From a virus (taxonomy: Duplodnaviria > Caudoviricetes), in the IMG/VR virus record IMGVR_UViG_3300028805_000094, positions 16,181-80,180 of that record: a DNA stretch of 64,000 nt; one strand, given 5' to 3'. Made by a program: the position numbers and the translations under genes. Below the pieces are notes generated by a model. That model was not told where the DNA came from. It made no database searches and worked only from the letters and a program-made list of their open reading frames with translations. Below, piece after piece: positions 1 through 9,101 of this stretch (its first letter is position 1; every line of letters starts with the position of its first letter).

Positions 1-34
1 GCATCGTAATTTGTTTTCTCCTTTTTCTTCTTCA

Positions 35-337
35 TCATAACTCCTCCCATTCTTCCCAGTTCTCACAACCGCAAGCACTACACCAATCATCACAATCTGC
101 GAAGGGATCATCAATATGGCAGACGCCGTTTTTATAATAGGGGCAATCTAAACCATTCACAGGACAATAGGTTGTTTGTCCTTTATAAGTCCCTGCTTCG
201 GCATCTCGAATCTGTTTGAATTTTTCTTCTTGAATCTGCTTGCTGAGGGCGTTCATGTTAGCGCAAAGTCTTTCAAATAACGTCATATACTCGTTATACT
301 GTTTTTCTAACCGTTCAAGTGTTGTCATTTTATCCAA
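35..337 (-). CDS. hypothetical early protein, N-terminal coiled coil and Cys-rich acidic C-terminus
   Basis: Intact 100-aa ORF with upstream RBS and TGA stop; CPxxxxxCP...CH...C..WC..C cluster. Confidence 0.7.
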   Translation of the reverse strand: MDKMTTLERLEKQYNEYMTLFERLCANMNALSKQIQEEKFKQIRDAEAGTYKGQTTYCPVNGLDCPYYKNGVCHIDDPFADCDDWCSACGCENWEEWEEL

Positions 338-367
338 CCCCTTCTCTTTTATACCTATATTATATCA

Positions 368-508
368 TTAATGATGCAACTTGTCAAGTACAAATTTAAT
401 TTTTCTCACTTTCTCATTTGCTTCATACCATTCGCCTTCCGTGCGCGCAAGGCTCCGCGCGCGAATAGCCTTGACATAAGCAAGAAAGAATCTCTGATAA
501 GCTGTCAT
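368..508 (-). CDS. small basic hypothetical protein
   Basis: ATG at 508 follows an AGGAG RBS, downstream of the promoter at 534-562 and the palindrome at 572. Confidence 0.6.
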   Translation of the reverse strand: MTAYQRFFLAYVKAIRARSLARTEGEWYEANEKVRKIKFVLDKLHH

Positions 509-614
509 GTTTATCACTCCTTTTACTATGGCAAGTATATCATAGTATAGGGAAAAAGTCAATCAGGCGTATTAGATGTTTAACATCTAATATCTTGAAA
601 TGAAAAAAAAGGGC

Positions 615-944
615 TTACGCCCTCTTGTAAGTATTCGGCTTGCCCTCAATCTTTACGACCTCGGACGCCCACAACTTAGTCACGCCATACTGTACGCGAC
701 CGCGCCCGAATCCGTCAGGCAGTTCATCCTTTACCGCGTCATACAGTTCCGCGATAGTCACGGGGGTATCAGACAGCGCACCAATGATGATGTCGTGAAC
801 AGCGGTGTACTCTGCATCCTTCGCGGCTTTCTGCTCAGCACCGCGATTGATGTCAGCATCCAGTTCCGCAAGAATAGCGTCCTTGTTCTCAAAGTCGATG
901 TTAGACAGGGCGGCGGCGATAGCGATCATGGTGTTCTTCTTCAT
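615..944 (-). CDS. winged helix-turn-helix protein, paralog 1 of 4
   Basis: C-terminal VTIAELYDAVKDELPDGFGRGRVQYGVTKL...EGKPNTYK aligns by eye with ORFs 1596, 5747 and 9102 and fits a wHTH helix/wing pattern. Confidence 0.65.
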   Translation of the reverse strand: MKKNTMIAIAAALSNIDFENKDAILAELDADINRGAEQKAAKDAEYTAVHDIIIGALSDTPVTIAELYDAVKDELPDGFGRGRVQYGVTKLWASEVVKIEGKPNTYKRA

Positions 945-1193
945 ACTAATAACCTTTCTGGTTTTTAGGTCTTTTCCTTGACCTCTTTTGTGCCTTTATT
1001 ATATCATAGGTTCAGCGGTCTGTCAAGTGGTTTTTGAAAAAACTTTTTAAGTTTTTTTCAAATTTTCCGTTCTTGGCATCTCGTCCTTGCCCCTCGTGAC
1101 AATTATTATTATACTCAGATTTTAGGAAAAATCAAGTCTTAGTATTAGATGTTAAACATCTAAGTGTTTGAAAAAGAAAATGCCCCGAAGGGC

Positions 1194-1466
1194 TTATTCA
1201 AGATGAACAGTTACTGGAGAAATGTAACAAAAATTTTTAATACACCATTTAACCCAAGTTTCATAATGAGCTTTTGTCCAACCAGATTCTTTTTCATAAA
1301 CTTCCATATTGTCACTATTTACATATTCACTATAATAATCATTTTTATGCGCTATGGCATACTCATAAATAGTTTTTTCTGCAAGTTCTTTGTTCTTAAA
1401 AACTTCTCCATCAAAGCAAGAGAAACGAGAGTCCTCAGAATCCCATTTAACAATTACATATTCCAT
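1194..1466 (-). CDS. hypothetical early protein
   Basis: ATG at 1466 after an AGGATG RBS; stop TAA is followed directly by a GCCC-TTCG-GGGC terminator. Confidence 0.65.
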   Translation of the reverse strand: MEYVIVKWDSEDSRFSCFDGEVFKNKELAEKTIYEYAIAHKNDYYSEYVNSDNMEVYEKESGWTKAHYETWVKWCIKNFCYISPVTVHLE

Positions 1467-1595
1467 TTTTATTTCATCCTTTCTTTTTTCTTTTTGTATA
1501 TGTAGTATATTAGATTTTAGGATAAAAGTCAAGATAATCTATTAGATGTTTAACATCTAATATTGGTAAGAAAAATCGCCCCGAAGGGCGATGGA

Positions 1596-2000
1596 TTAGG
1601 CAAGGCGGTAGTGGTTCGGGCAATTCTTCTTTTCCGTGATAATCACGTTCGGCTTCATCTCGCGCAGAAGAACGGCCTGCACCTTGTTCGCGGTAAAGTT
1701 ATCGGGAAGATTATCCTTTGCGCGCTCGTAAATCTCAACGGCGGTATAATCATCGTTGACGCTCATGGCATCGGTAAGAATCGGGATAACAGTCTCCATC
1801 AGCAGAGCGCGGGCTTTCTGATTCTTCTCACGGCGCACCGCGTTCTCCTTGTCCTTCTGGGCCTGCGACTTCTCCCAACGAGGGGCTTCCGCGCGCTTCT
1901 TCAAAGTATCACGCAGAGCAGTAAGGCGCTCGATAGTCTCGGCGGTCAGGTTGTTGTTGATAGCGTTCTCGATAGCGGTAACATAGGTCATCTTCTTCAT
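1596..2000 (-). CDS. winged helix-turn-helix protein, paralog 2 of 4
   Basis: YTAVEIYERAKDNLPDNFTANKVQAVLLREM...NCPNHYRL; conserved leader; downstream TTCG terminator. Confidence 0.65.
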   Translation of the reverse strand: MKKMTYVTAIENAINNNLTAETIERLTALRDTLKKRAEAPRWEKSQAQKDKENAVRREKNQKARALLMETVIPILTDAMSVNDDYTAVEIYERAKDNLPDNFTANKVQAVLLREMKPNVIITEKKNCPNHYRLA

Positions 2001-2600
2001 AACTTTTATCCTTTCTGGTTTGTGGAGTGTCCTTCTCCTTTGATGGTCTTATTGTATCATAGTTTCGGGAAATTGTCAAGGGTTTTTCAAAAGTTTTTTT
2101 ATGTTTTTTCGGGGACTTGCAAGTGAGGTTTTCGTATTGCGCCTATCCTATCGCATTACTGCGTGTCTGTGCATGGCACTTTATTTTCCTCTCCCCGTGA
2201 AACATCTTGATTATATCATAGTTTTAGGAAAGTGTCAAGTGATTTTTTTATTAAGTTTTTGTTACAAGGGAGAGCAGTCGTTACTTTTTTTACTGACCTC
2301 ACGGGAGCGCCTTTATAGAGGACTCTTCGCTCTCCCTTGGAACAATTATAGTATAGCATAAGAGGATGGAAAAGTCAACCATTTGATATTAGATGTTTAA
2401 CATCTAATATATAAAAGAAGGAAGAATATTATTCTTCCTTCTTATTCAATTTTTCAAGTTCTCTAATTTTTCTAAAACACTCATATACACCATAGACATC
2501 ATTTTCTGCGAGGCACTTTTTCAATTTCTTCTCATAGTAACGGATTGAACGCACTTCACCCTTTTTCATTTCTTTTTATCTCCTCTCTAAGTAAGCTAAG

Positions 2601-2783
2601 TTATTTATATTTATTTCTATTTAGGTCAACATCGCACCAGAGGATGAGGTCTCCGTATGGGCTTATATAAAATTCATCTTCTGGCGTTTCATTCAAATAA
2701 TTATATTCACTTTCAGAATATATGGCGACTTTTGCATCCTGTGGGTACTCTTTAAGTTTTTCTCTTAATTCTTTTACTGTCAT
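2601..2783 (-). CDS. small phage protein of the MTVxELxxxLxxxPxDAxV type
   Basis: Begins MTVKELREKLKEYPQDAKV, a motif common in small phage proteins; tandem with the paralog at 2817-2957. Confidence 0.65.
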   Translation of the reverse strand: MTVKELREKLKEYPQDAKVAIYSESEYNYLNETPEDEFYISPYGDLILWCDVDLNRNKYK

Positions 2784-2816
2784 TTTATTTGGCTCCTCTT
2801 TTATTATATACTTTTT

Positions 2817-2957
2817 TTAACTGATAGAAACAATATTATTATTAGAATTGATTGTAACTTCTTCAACATCAATCAGCGGGCCGCCATCGCCTTGAATCAT
2901 TACCGTAGCGTTAGAGGGAAACTGTTCAAGATACTGAACTAATTCTGTAACTGTCAT
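2817..2957 (-). CDS. small phage protein, MTVxEL paralog
   Basis: Manual translation MTVTELVQYLEQFPSNATVMIQG... (46 aa, below the ORF-track cutoff) with an AGGAG RBS. Confidence 0.6.
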   Translation of the reverse strand: MTVTELVQYLEQFPSNATVMIQGDGGPLIDVEEVTINSNNNIVSIS

Positions 2958-3282
2958 TTTCTTATCTCCTCTCTTGTTGTGGCTTTATTATATCATTTAT
3001 TGTAATCATTGTCAACTATTCTTTTATAAAAATTTTTTTCATCTTCTGACATTTCATCATATCGTTTACGAGCATCTGGATCGGCGTAAGGATAGTAAAT
3101 ATAACCAACGGCAATCAAAGCGGCTTCAAAATCAATCTCATTTTTAATTTGATATTTGTCCTTTTCCATATTTATTTCTCTCCTTTCTTGTTGTGACTGT
3201 ATTATAGCATTTTATGGGAAGAAAGTCAAGAGCGAATAATTAGATGTTAAACATCTAATTTGTTTTTAAAATTAAAGAGGGA

Positions 3283-4035
3283 TTAAAATCCCTCAGTAAA
3301 GTTGTACGTGTCATTTCTTACATACTTTTTACAATACATCCCTTGATGAATAACTTGCCCGTTGATTTTAATGGTATACGGTTTCATCTGCGGTCGTGTA
3401 AGAATTTTTACAACCTTATAATCTGTTCCTTCTTCCGCTCCGCACATAGCAAAGCAATACTGCAAAATTTTTGTTTCAATATCTACATCATACGCGCCCA
3501 TGTGTTCTTCATTAAAATCGGTATCATTCATCAAGAATCTGTAAACATTTTCCGCGCTTCCTGAATAGTTGCCCGAATCAGTAAACAATTCATTATCTTC
3601 ACAAAATTGCTTATACTCAGGGGCGCAAGTGATAAACTCACTGGCATAGCCCCAAATATCGTGAATTGGAATATTTTCAAGGGGGTTATTGCACTTGAAC
3701 CAATCACAATTAAAGGTAAAAACTTTATCATCAAATGCGCTATTATAGGCATAAGCGTCTGTCACTTCATACTGCTTAATATCCCGATACATTGCGCGCA
3801 TAATGTATCCCCATTTGTCCATAACGGCTTTCTTGCTTCTCATAAGCTGGATATATAGAGGGCGCTTTTCCTTATAATAGGCACTCTCAAACAGAGGGAG
3901 ATTATGCCAAACTTGCTCGACAACAAAGTGCTTGCGCGTTACTTCTTCGCCGTCTTTGATAATCTTATAGCCGAGGTCATAGCAGAACGGGCGGTCAAGA
4001 GAGGTAGTTTCAGTATCAAATACAAGGTAGGACAT
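3283..4035 (-). CDS. DEDDh (DnaQ-like) 3'-5' exonuclease, paralog 1
   Basis: Exo I FDTET, Exo II AYNSAFD, Exo III EEHMGAYD. Confidence 0.85.
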   Translation of the reverse strand: MSYLVFDTETTSLDRPFCYDLGYKIIKDGEEVTRKHFVVEQVWHNLPLFESAYYKEKRPLYIQLMRSKKAVMDKWGYIMRAMYRDIKQYEVTDAYAYNSAFDDKVFTFNCDWFKCNNPLENIPIHDIWGYASEFITCAPEYKQFCEDNELFTDSGNYSGSAENVYRFLMNDTDFNEEHMGAYDVDIETKILQYCFAMCGAEEGTDYKVVKILTRPQMKPYTIKINGQVIHQGMYCKKYVRNDTYNFTEGF

Positions 4036-4155
4036 TTTAAAAATTCCTTTCTGGTTTTTTAGTGTTTTCCTTCACTTCATGGCTATATTATACTATGAAT
4101 TAGAAAAAAGTCAATAAGAATATTTAGATGTTAAACATCTAATATAGTTAATAGG

Positions 4156-4509
4156 TTAGTTTGCGCTAACCCATTCATCACTATCATAATCATACTTATA
4201 TAAACCAACTTTATTTGGCGGGAAAATCAGACCCAAATTATCACGAATAAAAGTAATGAAATCATCAGACAATTCGGCATTGATATTTATATATAAACTT
4301 TGCTTATAAGCTAAATTAAACCATGCCATTGTCCCTTCAATGTTAAGGCCATCAGGGCAAAACATTGGACGTTTCATCATATCCAATAAAAGTACATGAT
4401 TCTTGAATTCATCCATTAAGGATACAGCGCGGCTCTCATACTCTTTACACTCTTTGAGAGAATCAAATCTTTCGCCATCATAAGCAATATAAATTACTTC
4501 AACCTTCAT
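4156..4509 (-). CDS. hypothetical phage protein
   Basis: N-terminal YIAYDGERFDSLKECKEYE motif typical of small phage proteins; AGGAG RBS. Confidence 0.7.
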   Translation of the reverse strand: MKVEVIYIAYDGERFDSLKECKEYESRAVSLMDEFKNHVLLLDMMKRPMFCPDGLNIEGTMAWFNLAYKQSLYININAELSDDFITFIRDNLGLIFPPNKVGLYKYDYDSDEWVSAN

Positions 4510-4563
4510 AATAATTAGCTCCTCTGATTTTATATAAGACGTACAACGCCTTATTCTTTCATG

Positions 4564-4872
4564 TTAATTAAGTAAGATAATGCCAGATTTATAGCCTAGA
4601 CCATAAAGATTGTTAAGTGCTTCAAGGCAGTCGCGTTTGTAAGTGAAATAATAGAAGCGGACATTATGCTCAGTAATGTATCCAAGAAAGTTACAATCAT
4701 AATCTAATATAGAAGAATCTTCTGTTCTGCCCGCGAAGGCAATCCTTTTCCCGCGCTTACCGTTTTCAATTCTAATCATGTAATTACGCTTGCCATTAAC
4801 AATCTTGCTCCCTAACTGCTCAGTAACTATCACATCATTAAGCGCGCGGCCCATTTCTTTTAAAGTCATCAT
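4564..4872 (-). CDS. hypothetical protein, paralog of 11626-11904
   Basis: Shares NYMIRI and (F/W)xYYxYKxD motifs with ORF 11626; start moved to the ATG at 4872 behind the RBS. Confidence 0.7.
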   Translation of the reverse strand: MMTLKEMGRALNDVIVTEQLGSKIVNGKRNYMIRIENGKRGKRIAFAGRTEDSSILDYDCNFLGYITEHNVRFYYFTYKRDCLEALNNLYGLGYKSGIILLN

Positions 4873-5000
4873 TTTTTTATCCCTCTTTCTTTTGTTATTG
4901 GTTTCTTTTGATGGTGTTATTATATTACAGATTAGGGGAAAATGCAAGAGTTAGAGTTAGATGTTTAACATCTAATATTTGCTAAAAGAAAAGAGAGGGC

Positions 5001-5291
5001 TTACGCCTTCTCCTTCGCCCTCTCTTTCTCGGCTTTCTTCTCTGCCTTGATGCGCTTATCTTCCTGCCACGCTGCCGCGGCTTCGTAGGGGTCAAACGCG
5101 GGAGAAATCTTTGTTGCCTTGTTTGCCTTAGTCTTTACGGAAATCTCCGTCCAAAACTCTTCGCCCTCTACATTCTGCAAGATGGCGAAAGAGTTATCAG
5201 CAAACTGAACGGCTTCGTTCTCTTCGAGGATGGACATAATCAGGTTCAGGGTGTTCGCGCGGGCAACGTTCTTTCTTTCGGTAGTAGTCAT
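5001..5291 (-). CDS. protein with Lys/Ala/Glu-rich helical tail, paralog of 8277-8684
   Basis: Start at 5291 behind the AAACCAGAAAGG leader; FAI..EGEEFWT..FDPYEAA..KAEKK matches FALP..EGNERYV..YDGYKAA..KAAKK. Confidence 0.75.
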   Translation of the reverse strand: MTTTERKNVARANTLNLIMSILEENEAVQFADNSFAILQNVEGEEFWTEISVKTKANKATKISPAFDPYEAAAAWQEDKRIKAEKKAEKERAKEKA

Positions 5292-5585
5292 ATTATTTTG
5301 TCCTTTCTGGTTTAATGGGTTTTCCTTCCCTTTGATGATGTTATTATAGCATGGTTTCGGGAGATTGTCAAGCACTTTTTTGAGAAATTTGCAACTTTTT
5401 TCGTAGCAGGAAAAGTTGCGGAAACCTGTCCGCTTCATGCCCTGAGACGACAGGCAATTCACGGCAACCCTTCTACTTATCATCTCCTTCGGTTCGTCCC
5501 TTCATCTGACATACATAGTATACTATAATTTTTGAAGAAAGTCAATTATTGAAATTAGATGTTAAACATCTAATTTATTTTATGC

Positions 5586-5611
5586 AAAAAAGAAAACCAC
5601 CCGAAGGCGGT
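5586..5611 (-). terminator. intrinsic terminator directly after the tRNA-like RNA
   Basis: Minus strand ACCGCC-TTCG-GGTGGT followed by TTTCTTTTTT, 2 nt after the CCA. Confidence 0.85.
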
Positions 5612-5613
5612 AA

Positions 5614-5731
5614 TGGTGGAGAGTGGGAGAATTGAACTCCATCCCTCATGGGACGACCCCCTTTTGCATGGGTCTACGCAATCATCTTTCGATTTACCGC
5701 GGTGGCTCCCCTGATGCCACGTTCACTCCCC
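5614..5731 (-). ncRNA. 118-nt tRNA/tmRNA-like RNA with G3:U70 alanine identity and encoded CCA
   Basis: 5' GGGGAGT pairs with ACTCTCC, followed by ACCA; T-arm GGAG-TTCAATT-CTCC; four internal hairpins instead of a canonical cloverleaf; terminator downstream. Confidence 0.8.
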
Positions 5732-5746
5732 ATAAAAGGGAAGGGC

Positions 5747-6142
5747 TTACGCCCCTTCCTTCAAGCGGTAGGTATTCGCCTTGCCCTTAGTCTCGATAAT
5801 GTCCAGTTCGTCACGCATCTCACGCAGGAGAACGTTCTGAACCTTCGCAACCGAGAAGTCCTCGGGCAGTTCATTCTGAACCATTCCAAACAGTTCCTTC
5901 ACGGTTACACCCTGCAACGTGTGGGACAGACCCTCGCGCAGGATGGGCGCAACCTTAGCAACGAGTTCGGCACGAGCGGCGGCAGTCTTAGCCTTGCGCG
6001 CAGAGTTCGCGGCTTCCTTCTGCTCAGGCGTGCGCGTGCGCTTCTGGTCAAGCTGGGCAATCATGGCTTTAATCACGGTCTTAGCATCGGTATCATCAGC
6101 CATGGTAGAGAGGGCGAGGGTGAGAGCATCTTTCTTAGTCAT
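5747..6142 (-). CDS. winged helix-turn-helix protein, paralog 3 of 4
   Basis: VTVKELFGMVQNELPEDFSVAKVQNVLLREM...KGKANTYRL. Confidence 0.65.
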   Translation of the reverse strand: MTKKDALTLALSTMADDTDAKTVIKAMIAQLDQKRTRTPEQKEAANSARKAKTAAARAELVAKVAPILREGLSHTLQGVTVKELFGMVQNELPEDFSVAKVQNVLLREMRDELDIIETKGKANTYRLKEGA

Positions 6143-6400
6143 ATCATTTACCTTTCTGGTTTGTTGAGGTTTTCCTTCCTCTGTTGTGTCCTTATTTTAT
6201 CATGGACTTTGAATTTTGTCAAGAGGTTTTTCAAACTTTTTTTTGATTTTTTTCAATCATGGCGTTTCCTCTTGCTTGTGTCATGCCGGTGTGCTGTTCG
6301 CTCCTGACATTGTTTATTATACTCATTTTAGAGAAAAGTGCAAGAGGAGGGATTAGATGTTTAACATCTAACTATATAACAGGCACGAAGCCTGTCAGTC

Positions 6401-6586
6401 TTAATAATATTTTGTAGTATGGATATATTTCCCGTCTTGTGTAAAGATTAGTTTACGGGACGCTAATTCTAATGCGGGATAAATTGGAGCAGGCGTGTCG
6501 TGTTCTTCATCATCAATATATTGATCTTCGTATTCAGTTTCTTTTGCATCCCATAAAATACTTTTAAGAATTTCATAATCAGTCAT
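6401..6586 (-). CDS. small acidic hypothetical protein
   Basis: 61-aa ORF with a D/E-rich centre, last in a co-directional cluster. Confidence 0.6.
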   Translation of the reverse strand: MTDYEILKSILWDAKETEYEDQYIDDEEHDTPAPIYPALELASRKLIFTQDGKYIHTTKYY

Positions 6587-6591
6587 GATTT

Positions 6592-6747
6592 TTATTTCCT
6601 TTCATTATTAAGAACTTTTAATTCTTCATAGGAAGTCTTTTTTATAACTCGTCTAATGGTCGAAGTATAAAGACCGCAATGATTAAGCAAAAAACAGATA
6701 AGACAATTGATAATACGATCTCGAATATCAAGATAAATACTATACAT
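6592..6747 (-). CDS. small hypothetical protein
   Basis: ATG at 6747 behind an AGGAG RBS. Confidence 0.55.
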   Translation of the reverse strand: MYSIYLDIRDRIINCLICFLLNHCGLYTSTIRRVIKKTSYEELKVLNNERK

Positions 6748-6766
6748 ATTTTTCTCTCCTTTGCTT

Positions 6767-7021
6767 TTACCATCCAGCACAGCCACAACAAATATCGCAA
6801 GTCTCTATAATAATACGAGGATCCTTATATAATTCTTTTAATATTTTATCCTTAGTATAACATTGAAGCTCTTTAAAAGGCTCTCCGTAGTCAAAGAAAT
6901 TACTATGATTCTCATCATCAAAGGCACAAGCTTTAAGATACAAATATTGTCCATTTTCTGATTCCCAATAAGAAATATTTTCTTTCTGCAAATAATTTTT
7001 AATTTCTTTAAATTTCATCAT
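6767..7021 (-). CDS. hypothetical protein with C-terminal CxxCCGC
   Basis: 84-aa ORF behind the palindrome promoter at 7090. Confidence 0.65.
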   Translation of the reverse strand: MMKFKEIKNYLQKENISYWESENGQYLYLKACAFDDENHSNFFDYGEPFKELQCYTKDKILKELYKDPRIIIETCDICCGCAGW

Positions 7022-7118
7022 TTTTTTTATCTCCTTTGCTTTTGTGATGTAAGTATATCATAATTGTTTTAGGATTGCAATATCAGATATTAGATGTTTA
7101 ACATCTAATAAAAAATGC

Positions 7119-7343
7119 TCACTCCTCAACGGGTGAGCCAATGATTTCATAATAGCAGTTATCATCAGACGTATACAATTCAACGCCAGCAGGAGTTTTA
7201 TTTGTTTCAGCAACGAAAGTCCAATTGTTATAAATCGCATTTTCTGCTGCTTTGATGCCTTGTTTCTTTGAAGCATAGACACCAACGAGATAGGTATCAA
7301 CCGCGTCATGTTCAAGGACTACCCACACTTTTTTATTCTTCAT
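7119..7343 (-). CDS. hypothetical phage protein
   Basis: VWVV...LVGVYASKKQG motif typical of small phage proteins; has its own palindrome promoter (7413). Confidence 0.7.
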   Translation of the reverse strand: MKNKKVWVVLEHDAVDTYLVGVYASKKQGIKAAENAIYNNWTFVAETNKTPAGVELYTSDDNCYYEIIGSPVEE

Positions 7344-7459
7344 AATCTTATTCTCCTTTTCAATTTGTAATTGTATTATAGCATACTTTTAAGAAAAGTC
7401 AAGCCACAGATATTAGATGTTTAACATCTAATTTCTAAAATAAGAAAACAAGAGGTATA

Positions 7460-8143
7460 TTACCTCTTGTTATATAATACTCGTTCCATCTTCTTATGTG
7501 TGCGGTATGCCTTGGCGACAATTTCTTTCTCAATCATAACGTCTTCAAGCGCTGTATGACTTTCTTCAAAAGTCAAATCATTGATAATGAATCTATACAG
7601 AACTTCGGCAGTCATGCGCGGGCGCGGCGTCTTGTGCGCGGTCATAAATCCATTTTTATTACAGAACTTAATATATGATGGAGTTTTTGCAAAAGTTTTC
7701 GCCATCTTCATACTATCCCAGACTTCGATATTGGGGAGGGCGCGCACGTAATCAAGGCCAGTCAAATAACGGACTGTTGTATTTAATGCATCAATATCAA
7801 ATGCTGCATTGTGCGCGCAGATAGCAATGATATTATATTTGCGGCAGAGTTTCGCAATCTCATTCATAATCTCAAAGAAACTGCGCGCGGTGCGGCGATT
7901 GTTTGCTAAATCATCATAATATTGCGGCAACTTATTAGCATAATAGGCGCTCTGCATCTTTTCGCGCTCACCGAAAAAGATTTCACTAACTACGTTAGAA
8001 GATGAATAAATCACTTCGCCAGTAGAGGGATAGACAACTGCATAGCCAATATCATAGGTCAGATTATTACCACGGGTAACTGCATCGCAGGGCGTAATGT
8101 TACAAGTCTCAGTATCCAGTACCATAATTGCGTGCTTCTTCAT
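7460..8143 (-). CDS. DEDDh (DnaQ-like) 3'-5' exonuclease, paralog 2
   Basis: Exo I LDTET, Exo II AHNAAFD, Exo III ESHTALED. Confidence 0.88.
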   Translation of the reverse strand: MKKHAIMVLDTETCNITPCDAVTRGNNLTYDIGYAVVYPSTGEVIYSSSNVVSEIFFGEREKMQSAYYANKLPQYYDDLANNRRTARSFFEIMNEIAKLCRKYNIIAICAHNAAFDIDALNTTVRYLTGLDYVRALPNIEVWDSMKMAKTFAKTPSYIKFCNKNGFMTAHKTPRPRMTAEVLYRFIINDLTFEESHTALEDVMIEKEIVAKAYRTHKKMERVLYNKR

Positions 8144-8276
8144 TCCTTTATTGCCTTTCTGGTTTGTAGTGTTGTTCCTTCACTTCATGGGTAGAGTATA
8201 TCATAAAGTTATGGGAAAAGCAAGTCTTGATGTTAGATGTTAAACATCTAATCTTATGAAAATGAAATAACGGTTG

Positions 8277-8684
8277 TTACACCGTTACTTCTCTGTCAAG
8301 GTACTGGTTACTGTCATCGGCTTCGGCCGCGGCCTTCTTAGTCGCGCGCAGGGCGCGCTTCTGTTCGCGCAACCTTGCGGCGGCTTCCTTCTTCTCTGCG
8401 CTTGCGGCCTTCTTCGCGGCCTTTTCCTTGCATTCTGCTTCGTAGTCCTCTGCGGCCTTGTAACCATCGTAGGGAGTATAACCGCCGTTACCTGTCCGAG
8501 TGCCACGAGGGATAGCAATCTTTACGGTTACATAACGCTCATTACCTTCTGCATCGAGGAGGGGAAGCGCGAACTCACCCGCGCCAGTCTGCGGAATAGC
8601 AACGTCATACTTCTGGCCGAGAAAATCACGAACGGCTTCATAGATTTCAGAACGGAGAGCATTTTCAAGAGCGGCTTTAGTCAT
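8277..8684 (-). CDS. protein with Lys/Ala/Glu-rich helical tail, paralog of 5001-5291
   Basis: Shared motifs with ORF 5001; conserved leader; TTGACA promoter without palindrome. Confidence 0.75.
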   Translation of the reverse strand: MTKAALENALRSEIYEAVRDFLGQKYDVAIPQTGAGEFALPLLDAEGNERYVTVKIAIPRGTRTGNGGYTPYDGYKAAEDYEAECKEKAAKKAASAEKKEAAARLREQKRALRATKKAAAEADDSNQYLDREVTV

Positions 8685-8902
8685 AATTTTTGCCTTTCTG
8701 GTTTTTTAATGTTTTCCTTCATTTGTTGATGTAATTATAGCATACAGTTTCGGGATTGTCAAGAGGTTATTTTGATTTTTTTTATTTTTTTTATTTCTTA
8801 ACCTTTTGAACAATTATATTATAACATAATTTCAGAAAAAAGTCAATAGTTTTTTCTTACAAAAATCGCGTGTTATTTTTGTGCTATTTTTATGCCGGTG
8901 CC

Positions 8903-8983
8903 TCACCCTCTAAATGAGAGAAAAATGCCGTAAAGGATGAACGCGATTACAAAAGAAAGGATTCCTTGCCCGATGGTAGCCAT
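8903..8983 (-). CDS. 26-aa hydrophobic single-pass membrane peptide
   Basis: Manual translation MATIGQGILSFVIAFILYGIFLSFRG with an AGAGGA RBS, the only ORF behind the palindrome promoter at 9059. Confidence 0.55.
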   Translation of the reverse strand: MATIGQGILSFVIAFILYGIFLSFRG

Positions 8984-9101
8984 ATTATATTCCTCTTTTC
9001 TTTTTTCTTTTTGTAATTGTATTATACACTATACAAGAATAAAAGTCAATATGAAGTATTAGATGTTTAACATCTAATCTTTCTTACTAAAAAGAAGAGG
9101 A

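Noticed and set aside
5292-5483. N-terminal extension of track ORF 5001-5483
   Set aside because: It crosses a separate promoter and the conserved leader; the ATG at 5291 fits the RBS and the paralog.
5614-5731. Amber suppressor tRNA or full tmRNA
   Set aside because: No CUA in any predicted loop; no tag reading frame or pseudoknots; far shorter than tmRNA.
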